A DNA stretch of 32,000 nucleotides, from the NCBI GenBank assembly GCA_016706545.1, contig JADJJK010000032.1, positions 3,117 through 35,116 on the forward strand, in the 5' to 3' direction. Under the pieces are notes generated by a model. The model saw only the letters and a list, made by a program, of their open reading frames with translations, searched no databases and was not told the origin of the DNA. The first letter of the stretch is position 1; each line of letters opens with the position of its first letter. This DNA comes from Myxococcales bacterium. Its GTDB lineage: Bacteria > Myxococcota_A > Polyangia > Haliangiales > Haliangiaceae. Position numbers and translations under genes: made by a program. Shown here piece by piece: positions 25,801 through 32,000 of this stretch.

Positions 25801-27190
25801 GCTGTCCCGCCACTATCGGGAGCAGCAGGAGGCGCGCAACCGCCAGTGGAGCCAGGGCGAGCGCCGCTTCGAGGACGCGAGGAACGCCATGCGCGAGGCC
25901 GCGCGCATCCTCGAGAGCGCGCGCGAGCTGGGTGCGCGCAGATCCGAGCTCGCCAGCTCGCTGGCCGACGTGATGATGGAGCAGCTCACGCTGGCCGACT
26001 TCTTCGGCGACGCGGCGGCCATCGAGGATCTCGAGCCACGCCTGGCCACCTACGACGACGGCCGGCGCCTCGCCCGCTGGCGCCAGAGGACCGCGTTGCT
26101 GGTGCGCGCCAGCGGCGCCACCAGCATCGAGCTCCAGCGCTACCAGACTGGCGAGGGCGGGCGGCTCGCCGAGGAGCACGTCGCCCAGGAGGGCGGCGAG
26201 GCGCTGCGCGCCGAGGTGCCGCCTGGCTCGTACCGCGCCCGCGTCACCGCCCCCGGGATCGAGCCGGTGCTCTTGCCCTTCGTGGTCCGGCGCGAGCGCC
26301 CGGTCACCCTCGAGATCCAGCTCCCGCAGCCCGGGCAGGTGCCCCCGGGCTTCGTCTATGTCCCCGCGGGCGCCTTCCTGCGCGGGAGCGAAGACCACCA
26401 GCACCCGGATCTGGCCTGGATCCGACGCAGCTTCTTTGACGCTCCGCCGCGCCACGAGGAGGTCACCGGGCCCTATCTCATCGGCCGCTACGAGGTGACC
26501 TTCGCGGACTGGCTCCGCTACCTGCGCACGCTCGACCCTGCCCGCTTGGCGGCGCGCCGGCAGAGCGGCGACATCACCCAGGCGCGCAGCGTGCGACTCG
26601 ACGGCGACGGCCGCGGCCCCTTCACGTTGACCCTGCGCCCGCTGGGCGAGGCGTTCTCGGCCGTCGAGGGGCAGCCGCTGGTGTTCCCGCGGCGCCAGCT
26701 ACGTCAGCGAGTGCGCTGGGAGCTGACCCCGGCCGCGGGTATCAACCGAGAAGACGCCGAGGCCTTCGCTGCGTGGCTCGACCGCACAGGTCAGGTGCCG
26801 GGCGCGCGGCTGTGTACGCCGCTCGAGTGGGAGCGCGCGGCCCGCGGCGCCGATGGGCGTCGCTTTCCGCACGGCAACGACCTGCGGCCCAGCGACGCCA
26901 ACATCGACGAGACCTACAGCCGAGAGGCGCTGAGCCCCGACGAGGTCGGCGCCCACCCAGCCAGCGTCTCGCCGTTTGGCGTGCATGACCTGGCCGGCAA
27001 CGCCTTCGAGCTGGTGACCAACGGCCCGCACGAGATCGAGATGCGCGGTGGTAGCTGGTGGAACGGCTCGCTGACCGCGACGGCCATGAACGTCACCGCC
27101 ATCCAGCCCTCTCGCCGGGACCCGTACATCGGCGTCCGCCTGTGCGCCAGCGTGTCGCCGCGGCCAAAGGCTCGACGCCGCGCGCCATGA
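22874..27190 (+). CDS. Multidomain transmembrane signalling protein: Ser/Thr kinase, STAND-type P-loop NTPase, TM helix, coiled-coil-like region, FGE-sulfatase-fold (non-catalytic) domain
   Basis: This is the protein-like part of ORF 22154..27190 and starts at GTG 22874. Kinase motifs: GSGGMGAVY, VALK, HRDIKPSN, DFG (23330) and APE. NTPase: PYRGLSPFEAEQRALFFGRG, Walker A GDSGIGKSS (24290-24316), Walker B-like LCLIDQAEEL (24644-24673). TM helix VALAVALTAAIPAAAALTWW (25550-25609). FGE-like domain at 26342-27152: TPLEWERAARG, FGVHDLAGNAFELV, RGGSWWNG, IGVRLCAS. Confidence 0.85.
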   Translation: MTSGTLPARPTDIDEFRLIRILGSGGMGAVYLAHDTILDRSVALKLMRVGASEEHRLRFLTEARALARLDHPNVVSIFRAGVAAGGEPYLVQELVAGSSVDRATLPVSPRRALELALGIARGLAAAHRRGVLHRDIKPSNIMIDDTGTPRLLDFGLAKLTGAAPPASARPHPPGHRADVDHPDDRPPARVAPKPAASPLATTLQTRLPRPSDAARPAGSTDAPRLAAEERSPPTPPSAPDLAVTADLPAAPVAPLAVTADLPAAPSALLAVTADLPAAPSAPLAVTADLPAAPPSAATDRLLADGPVPQGSPEDPTSAGAILGTPRYMAPEVWRGEPASLRSDLYSLGAVFYELLTGEPPYLQPDLESLQRAVLEGAPAPPVAARVSGLDADFAELVTRCLARQASDRPQSADEVVFQLERIAAGAPPIPEGSPYRGLSPFEAEQRALFFGRGPEISAIVDRLRGASLVVVTGDSGIGKSSLCRAGVLPAVAAGALEVGGSSRRWQTRVISPGPRPASALLAALGLAESAEPSAQADPAAPAAPAAPAAPAAPTDPAAPAAPATPAELAGDAQPLAQRLARRFAGGTTGVLCLIDQAEELVTQSQPAQAARAGDLLASIAEGIPGVKVLVAVRGDFLTRVAALPGVRGSLTDSLHLVRGLSPEDARAVVVEPARAKGVRFETEAMVQSLVDSILERPAALPLLQFALAELWGHRDIERAVIPARALTEIGGVAGALASHADRVLTALGGPERIAARRVLLALVSGERTRRSCARGELLGGGDSSASARALEALVRGRLVAARDVADGDPVYELAHESLLSAWGTLRGWLDDAAGQRGIRTRLGAAADEWHRLGRRRELLWKRSQLTETAQLTELTQGDRAFLDASRAAARRRVALAVALTAAIPAAAALTWWSASYRERERRELLVDQRRADADAAMQRAHAALTEAHGLRAEATARFRGAAAPKLRSDVPEVAQALSRHYREQQEARNRQWSQGERRFEDARNAMREAARILESARELGARRSELASSLADVMMEQLTLADFFGDAAAIEDLEPRLATYDDGRRLARWRQRTALLVRASGATSIELQRYQTGEGGRLAEEHVAQEGGEALRAEVPPGSYRARVTAPGIEPVLLPFVVRRERPVTLEIQLPQPGQVPPGFVYVPAGAFLRGSEDHQHPDLAWIRRSFFDAPPRHEEVTGPYLIGRYEVTFADWLRYLRTLDPARLAARRQSGDITQARSVRLDGDGRGPFTLTLRPLGEAFSAVEGQPLVFPRRQLRQRVRWELTPAAGINREDAEAFAAWLDRTGQVPGARLCTPLEWERAARGADGRRFPHGNDLRPSDANIDETYSREALSPDEVGAHPASVSPFGVHDLAGNAFELVTNGPHEIEMRGGSWWNGSLTATAMNVTAIQPSRRDPYIGVRLCASVSPRPKARRRAP
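23594..23761 (+). repeat. Four in-frame 42-bp tandem repeats (LAVTADLPAAPxAx) inside the kinase activation loop
   Basis: Units at 23594-23635, 23636-23677, 23678-23719 and 23720-23761. They differ at only a few nucleotides. Confidence 0.95.
24488..24532 (+). repeat. In-frame 9-bp microsatellite, (GCCGCGCCC)x4 plus one imperfect unit, encoding (AAP)n
   Basis: Perfect units at 24488, 24497, 24506 and 24515. They sit in the Ala/Pro-rich stretch ADPAAPAAPAAPAAPAAPTDPAAPAAPATPAE between Walker A and Walker B. Confidence 0.9.
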
Positions 27191-27203
27191 GGCGACCTGC
27201 GCG

Positions 27204-28642
27204 CTACAGCGGCGCGATCCAGCCGATGACGTCGCCGGTCTGCGAGGCTGGCCCGTAGCCAAGCCCGGCCATCGTCGCCAGGTCCGCGGTGGTCGAGGTG
27301 AGATCTGAGGTCGTCGGATGGCGATACAACCGCAGCGGCACCATGTTCGGCATCGCCTGCGTGGCGTACACGTACCCCTCGTCCAGGCGCTCGAACTGCG
27401 GCGCCACGAAGCGCGGATCCTGGCTCTTTGCCAGGAAGTGGTCCTGCGTCTGCAGGTTGGTGTAGAGCGAGACCGCCACCAGCGAACTCAGCGGCACACT
27501 CAAGGGTGGGATCCGCAGCAAGATCCCATCCGTCCCCGCGTACTCGTACCCTGGCTGCGGCGGCTTCTCCTGATCGACGTTGTGATAGCCGCGCACCGTG
27601 GTCACCCGATCGACGCCCCCGATCCAGCGCTCCAGGCGAAGCTGGTTGTACTTGCTGGCGAAGAACATCACCGCGCCGTCCTGCGCGATCAGGTCGTCGA
27701 TCGTGGTGTCCGAGCAATCGGGCAAGTTGACCACGCACGTGTTGGTGATGATCGGCCAGCGCAGCTTGCCGATGCACGACGCACGTCGGTGCCCCGGCGG
27801 AAACGCGGTCTCGAAGTAGTAGTCGGTGGTGTTCGGCGGCCACTCGGCGAGCGTGAGCGTCTTGATCTGCGCGCCCGGCCAGACCTGATTGACCCCCACG
27901 TCGTCGAGAAACGAGATCGAGGTCCCCGTCCGGGTGCTGGTCGCGCCGATGGCGCAGTAGTCCGCGGTGACGCCCTGCATGCAGGCCTGATGCGCGCCCC
28001 ACATCGCGCCGGCGCTCGTTAGCCCTGGCGCGTAGCCCCACCGCAGGCACTTCGCCGCTGCCCCGTCCACGCACGCGAGCGTGATGCGGCCCGGCGTCGC
28101 CAGGTGCGCCCCGGTGCGCGAGATGGCGCCCACCAGCGGCACGGCGTCGTCGCAGACGCGCCGGACCGCGCCGCTGGCGTCCTTGACGTCAACCTTGTAG
28201 TGCGTGGTGTTGAGATCTCCCCAGGCGACCGTGAGGATCGCCCAGTAGGTCCCTACCGCGCTGGGCAGGGTCAAGCCGTTGAACGCCGGGGTCGTCCCGG
28301 AGAAGGTGCCGTCGCCGCCGACGGACTTGAGCGACGCGGTCCCCACCACCGATACCTGCTGGGCGAACTTGCCGCGGGTGCCGGTGGTGCGCACGCTGAA
28401 GTACTCCGTCGCGGCGGTGTCCGTGTACGGCGCCGCGTCGAGCAACTCCCCCAGGACGTAGCGCCCGTTGGGCTGCTCCTCGTTGGTGGCGCACGCTGGC
28501 GAGTTGGCCCGAGAGCGACACCTGTGACGCCAGCGACGGAGGTGGCGCAGCGTGATCCTGGCGGCGGCAACACCTCGTCCTCTCCTGCTACGGGGAAACA
28601 ACCAACAGCTCCGATCCCCGCGAATGCCAAGAAGGCGCGCAT
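27204..28642 (-). CDS. Cys-rich secreted lipoprotein with a TADYC motif (ADYC-domain-like, uncharacterised). The reading frame breaks at ~28500-28515.
   Basis: The body is the C-terminal ~430 aa of ORF 27204..28967: ...NSPACATNEEQPNGRYVLGELLD...ITLACVDGAAAKCLRWGYAPG...HQACMQGVTADYCAIG (ADYC at 27954-27965)...NTCVVNLPDCSD... The only credible N-terminus is in another frame: AAAGAGGA-N5-ATG 28642 gives MRAFLAFAGIGAVGCFPVAGEDE..., a lipoprotein signal with AVGC. That frame is visible at the end of ORF 28271..29728. Confidence 0.7.
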
Positions 28643-28700
28643 AAGTCCTCTTTGTTTGGCCACAGCCACGTATATTGCAATACAAGCGCCATCGTAACCT
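28643..28700 (-). promoter_or_regulatory. AT-rich 5' region of the ADYC-like gene with a strong Shine-Dalgarno sequence and a 10-bp palindrome
   Basis: The minus strand reads ...GCTTGTATTGCAATATACGTGGCTGTGGCCAAACAAAGAGGACTTATG. TATTGCAATA (28673-28682) is a perfect palindrome. GC content is locally much lower than the surroundings. Confidence 0.35.
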
Positions 28701-29008
28701 CTCAATTCCTGGTTCTGGCGAGGAGTCGTCCTCCTCTCGTCGCAAGAACGGCATGCCGAAACGGCATCTCCAGGTGCCAGTGGGGGTCCCTGGAAAGGCC
28801 GAGCCCACGAGTTGGCCACTCGCACCCCCTGCGTTCGCTCCGAAACCACGCGCCGCGCATGCGTCCCTCCTCGTTTCCATCCAAGGCCGGCGCGTAGATG
28901 ACGCCCCGGCTGCCATGCTGTAGGGTTGCCGCCGTGCTCGGCCCCGTGTCCTCGATCCGCGCCACAAGGCCGCGATGCCTCGTCGGAGCCCCCGGCCCTG
29001 GGACCCTC

Positions 29009-29833
29009 ATGACCGATCGCCTGCGGATCAACCGCTTCTTCACCGAGCACGGCGTCTGCTCTCGCCGGGCCGCGGACCGCTACGTCGAAGCCGGCCGGGT
29101 CAGGATCAACGGGGTCCCGGCCAAGCTCGGCGACACCGTCGGCCCAGGCGATGAGGTCACGCTCGATGGCGACCGCATCGGCCAGGACACCAGGCGCCGG
29201 GTGGTGCTGGCGTATCACAAGCCGCCCGGCATCGAGTGTACGAGCGACCCGAGGGTGCCCGACAACATCATCGACGCGGTGAACTACCCCGAGCGCATCT
29301 TCCACATCGGCCGGCTCGACAAGTTCAGCGAGGGCCTCATCCTGCTCACCAACCGCGGCGAGCTGGTCAACCAGATCTTGCGCGCCCGTGGCCACCACGA
29401 GAAAGAGTACGTGGTCGACGTGGACCTGCCGATCTCGAGCGCCACGCTGGGGCGCATGCGCCACGGCATCGAGATCCTCGGCCGGATGACCGCGCCGTGT
29501 CAGGCAGAGCGCCTGGGTCCGCGCACGCTGCGCATGGTCCTCATCGAGGGCCGCAATCGCCAGATCCGGCGCATGTGTGAGGCCGAAGGGCTGCGCGTGC
29601 GGCGGCTGACGCGGGTCCGGGTGATGAACATCGAGCTGGGGCCGCTGCCCAGAGGCCGCTGGCGCGAACTTGCCCCCCGTGAGCTGGCGGACCTTGAGCG
29701 ACGGCTGGCCCGCGCGGAGGCCCGACACGCCGCGCAGGTCCTCAGCCTCCAGGGCGCGGCAGGCCTCGCCAACGGCCCCAACAACGCCCCTCCCGGCGAC
29801 GCCTCTCCCGACGACGACGACGACGACGACTGA
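29009..29833 (+). CDS. rluF: 23S rRNA pseudouridine synthase, RluF type (S4 domain plus RsuA/RluB/RluF catalytic domain)
   Basis: MTDRLRINRFFTEHGVCSRRAADRYVEAGRVRINGV...LAYHKPPGIECT...IFHIGRLDKFSEGLILLTNRGELVNQILRARGHHEKEYVVDVD...EGRNRQIRRMCEAEG. This follows E. coli RluF closely as I recall it. The ORF track start 28898 adds a non-protein-like leader. The protein ends in a (GAC)7 poly-Asp tail. Confidence 0.88.
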   Translation: MTDRLRINRFFTEHGVCSRRAADRYVEAGRVRINGVPAKLGDTVGPGDEVTLDGDRIGQDTRRRVVLAYHKPPGIECTSDPRVPDNIIDAVNYPERIFHIGRLDKFSEGLILLTNRGELVNQILRARGHHEKEYVVDVDLPISSATLGRMRHGIEILGRMTAPCQAERLGPRTLRMVLIEGRNRQIRRMCEAEGLRVRRLTRVRVMNIELGPLPRGRWRELAPRELADLERRLARAEARHAAQVLSLQGAAGLANGPNNAPPGDASPDDDDDDD

Positions 29834-29845
29834 CCCACACTAGCC

Positions 29846-32000
29846 ATGCCCAGCCACGCCCCCGAGCTCCCTTACTGGTCCTTGCCCGCTGCGGAGGTGA
29901 TGCGACACCTGGGGGTCGATGAGCGGGGGCTGTCATCCGCCGAGGCGGCGCGACGCCTGGCGCGGTACGGCAAGAACCAGCTCGATCGGACCGGCACGAC
30001 CTCGCGGCTGGCGGTGCTGGCCGCGCAGTTTCGCAGCCCGCTCATTCTCCTCTTGGTGTTCGCCGCGGCCACCTCGGCCGCCACCGGCGCGTACCTGGAC
30101 GCCGCCATCGTGGTCGTCATCGTCAGCGCCGGCGCCGGCATCGGCTACCGTCGCGAGTACGTGGCGCGCAACGCCGTCGCCGCGCTGGCGGCGAGGATCC
30201 ACGCGCGAGTCAGCGCCCTGCGCGATGGCGTCGCGACCGCGATCCCCAACACCGAGGTCGTGCCCGGCGATGTCCTCTTGCTGTCGGCCGGAAGCCTCAT
30301 CCCGGCCGACCTGCGCCTGCTCCAGGCCACGGATTGCCATGTCAACGAGGCCGTCCTCACCGGGGAGAGCTTCCCGGCCGAGAAGCGAGCAGATCCCGTC
30401 GAGGCCACCGCCCCGCTGGCGGCGCGGAGCTCCTGCGCGTTCCAGGGCTCCAACGTGCGCAGCGGCACCGCGCGTGGCCTGGTGGTCGCCACCGGCGCGA
30501 GCACCCACTACGGCCAGCTCGCCGAGTCCTTGACCCGTCACGTCCCGCTCACCGCCTTCGAGCACGCGCTGCGCCAGTTCGGAGCCTTGCTCACCACCGC
30601 CATGCTGGTGGTGGTGCTGGTGGTGTTCGCGGTCAACGTCATCGTCGGTCGACCGCCGGTGGACACCTTGCTGTTCTCCATCGCGCTCGCCGTCGGCCTG
30701 TCCCCCGAGCTCCTGCCCGCCATCCTCGCCATCAACCTGGGCCGGGGCAGCCAGAACCTGGCGCGCCGCGGCGTGCTGGTGCGCCGGCTCTCGGCCATCG
30801 AGAACCTCGGCAGCATGGACATCCTTTGCACCGACAAGACCGGCACGCTGACCGAGGGCGTGGTGGCGCTCGACGGAGCCTGGGACGCGCGCGGGGAGCG
30901 CTCACCCAGCACCCTGGCGATGGCCCGCGCCAACGCCGCGCTGCAGACCGGGCTCGCCAATCCGCTGGACCAGGCGATCTTGCAGAGCCCCCGGCCCGAA
31001 GCCGGCCGCCAGGCCGAGGCCGAAGCCGAAGCCGATCTGCTGGCCGCGCAGAAGCTCGGCGAGATCCCCTACGACTTCATCCGCAAGCGGCTGAGCGTGG
31101 TCCTGCGCGACCGCAGCGGGATCCGCCTGCTCACCAAGGGCGCCTTCGAGGGCGTGCTGGAGGCGTGCGACTACGATCAAGACGGCAACCAGCTCACCGC
31201 GCAGGCCCGCGCCGAGCTGCGGCAGCGCTACACCGCGTGGACCGCCGCTGGCGTGCGTGTGCTCGCGGTCGCGCAGCGGCGACTGACCGAGGATGAGCCG
31301 CGCGATCGCGGCGCCGAGCGTGGCCTGACGTTCGCCGGCTTTCTCACCTTCATCGATCGGCCCAAGGCCGACGTGGCGGCCACCATCGTGAGCCTGGCCG
31401 CGCTCGGCGTCACCATCAAGCTCATCACCGGGGACAGCGAGCTGGTGGCGCGTCACGTCGCGACCGCCGTCGGGCTGCCGGTGCGCGACGTGCTCACCGG
31501 CCGGGACCTCGACGACCTGCACGACGACGCCCTGCGCGCCGCGGCGGAGACCTGCGACCTCTTCGCCGAGGTCGATCCAAACCAGAAGCAGCGCATCATC
31601 ACCGCCCTGCGGCTGCGCGGCCACGTCGTCGGCTTCCTCGGTGATGGCGTCAACGACGCCCCGGCCATGCACGCAGCCGACACCGGCATCTCTGTCGACT
31701 CCGCGGTGGAGGTCGCCAAGGAGGCGGCGGACTTCGTCCTCCTCGAGCACGACCTCGACGTCATCCGCGGCGGCATCGAGGAGGGTCGCCGCACCTTCGC
31801 CAACACGATGAAGTACGTGCTCACCACCACCAGCGCCAACCTGGGCAACATGATCAGCATGGCCGCGGCGTCCCTGGTGTTGCCATTTCTGCCGCTGACC
31901 GCGGGCCAGATCTTGCTCAACAACCTGCTCTCGGACATCCCCGCGGTCGGCATCGCTGATGATCGCGTCGACCCGGAGGCGGTGGCCAAGCCCCGGCGCT
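29846..32000 (+). CDS. mgtA: Magnesium-translocating P-type ATPase (N-terminal ~718 aa; continues beyond the window)
   Basis: Not in the ORF track because it has no stop in the window. My translation: MPSHAPELPYWSLPAAEVMRHLGVDERGLSSAEAARRLARYGKNQL...VPGDVLLLSAGSLIPADLRLL...VNEAVLTGES...ILCTDKTGTLTEG...KLITGDS...GDGVNDAPAMHAADTGISV...PFLPLTAGQILLNNLLSDI. Confidence 0.9.
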   Translation, partial: MPSHAPELPYWSLPAAEVMRHLGVDERGLSSAEAARRLARYGKNQLDRTGTTSRLAVLAAQFRSPLILLLVFAAATSAATGAYLDAAIVVVIVSAGAGIGYRREYVARNAVAALAARIHARVSALRDGVATAIPNTEVVPGDVLLLSAGSLIPADLRLLQATDCHVNEAVLTGESFPAEKRADPVEATAPLAARSSCAFQGSNVRSGTARGLVVATGASTHYGQLAESLTRHVPLTAFEHALRQFGALLTTAMLVVVLVVFAVNVIVGRPPVDTLLFSIALAVGLSPELLPAILAINLGRGSQNLARRGVLVRRLSAIENLGSMDILCTDKTGTLTEGVVALDGAWDARGERSPSTLAMARANAALQTGLANPLDQAILQSPRPEAGRQAEAEAEADLLAAQKLGEIPYDFIRKRLSVVLRDRSGIRLLTKGAFEGVLEACDYDQDGNQLTAQARAELRQRYTAWTAAGVRVLAVAQRRLTEDEPRDRGAERGLTFAGFLTFIDRPKADVAATIVSLAALGVTIKLITGDSELVARHVATAVGLPVRDVLTGRDLDDLHDDALRAAAETCDLFAEVDPNQKQRIITALRLRGHVVGFLGDGVNDAPAMHAADTGISVDSAVEVAKEAADFVLLEHDLDVIRGGIEEGRRTFANTMKYVLTTTSANLGNMISMAAASLVLPFLPLTAGQILLNNLLSDIPAVGIADDRVDPEAVAKPRR

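Noticed and set aside
2289-27190. Functional link between the sulfatase-like gene and the FGE-like domain of the kinase (a maturase-substrate pair)
   Set aside because: The sulfatase-like protein has Thr, not a C/S-x-P-x-R motif, at the nucleophile position. The FGE-like domain lacks the catalytic Cys pair after RGGS. The genes are about 19 kb apart with housekeeping genes in between.
28271-29728. 485-aa minus-strand ORF spanning the rluF region
   Set aside because: Most of it is antisense to rluF and is nonsense. Only its last ~45 codons before ~28510 (MRAFLAFAGIGAVGC...) appear real. I assigned those to the N-terminus of the ADYC-like lipoprotein.
1-32000. Genomic island, prophage or mobile element
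   Set aside because: There are no integrase, transposase, tRNA or phage-like genes, and I could find no flanking direct repeats. Codon third-position G/C bias is uniform across genes. The only low-GC patches are short promoter-like spacers.

Overview
Very GC-rich bacterial chromosomal DNA (by eye over 70% G+C, with codon third positions almost always G/C). The gene content suggests Myxococcota, which is an inference: a WXXGXW-repeat secreted protein, an ADYC-motif Cys-rich lipoprotein, a MopE-like Asp/Cys metal-binding motif, and a Ser/Thr kinase fused to an FGE-like domain. I can support about 24 protein-coding genes. I see no rRNA, tRNA, CRISPR array, transposase, integrase or phage genes.

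Gene order:
- A divergent cluster of three GT-C-fold membrane glycosyltransferases, a membrane-anchored sulfatase-like enzyme and an unknown protein (1-8110).
- A small orphan gene.
- Housekeeping genes dapB-dapA (-) and ribF (+).
- An Ala-rich membrane protein.
- A small beta-barrel-like gene divergent from a YafY/WYL regulator.
- A six-module WXXGXW-repeat protein.
- A quinone oxidoreductase.
- A lipoprotein, an OprO/P-type porin and a DUF885 protein.
- A SolA-like FAD oxidase.
- A 1438-aa kinase / STAND-NTPase / TM / FGE-like protein.
- A convergent ADYC-type lipoprotein.
- rluF and a 5'-partial mgtA.

Most interesting:
1. The transmembrane kinase-STAND-FGE-like protein. Its activation loop carries a 163-aa insert with four 42-bp tandem repeats.
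2. The translationally coupled GT-C/sulfatase-like envelope-glycan cluster.
3. The WXXGXW and ADYC secreted proteins.

Caveats:
- At about six places a clearly coding reading continues 1 nt out of frame, usually at short homopolymers. These are either assembly indels or real pseudogenes.
- The ORF track is full of long antisense or off-frame shadow ORFs, as expected at this GC content. I accepted only frames with protein-like sequence and third-position G/C bias.
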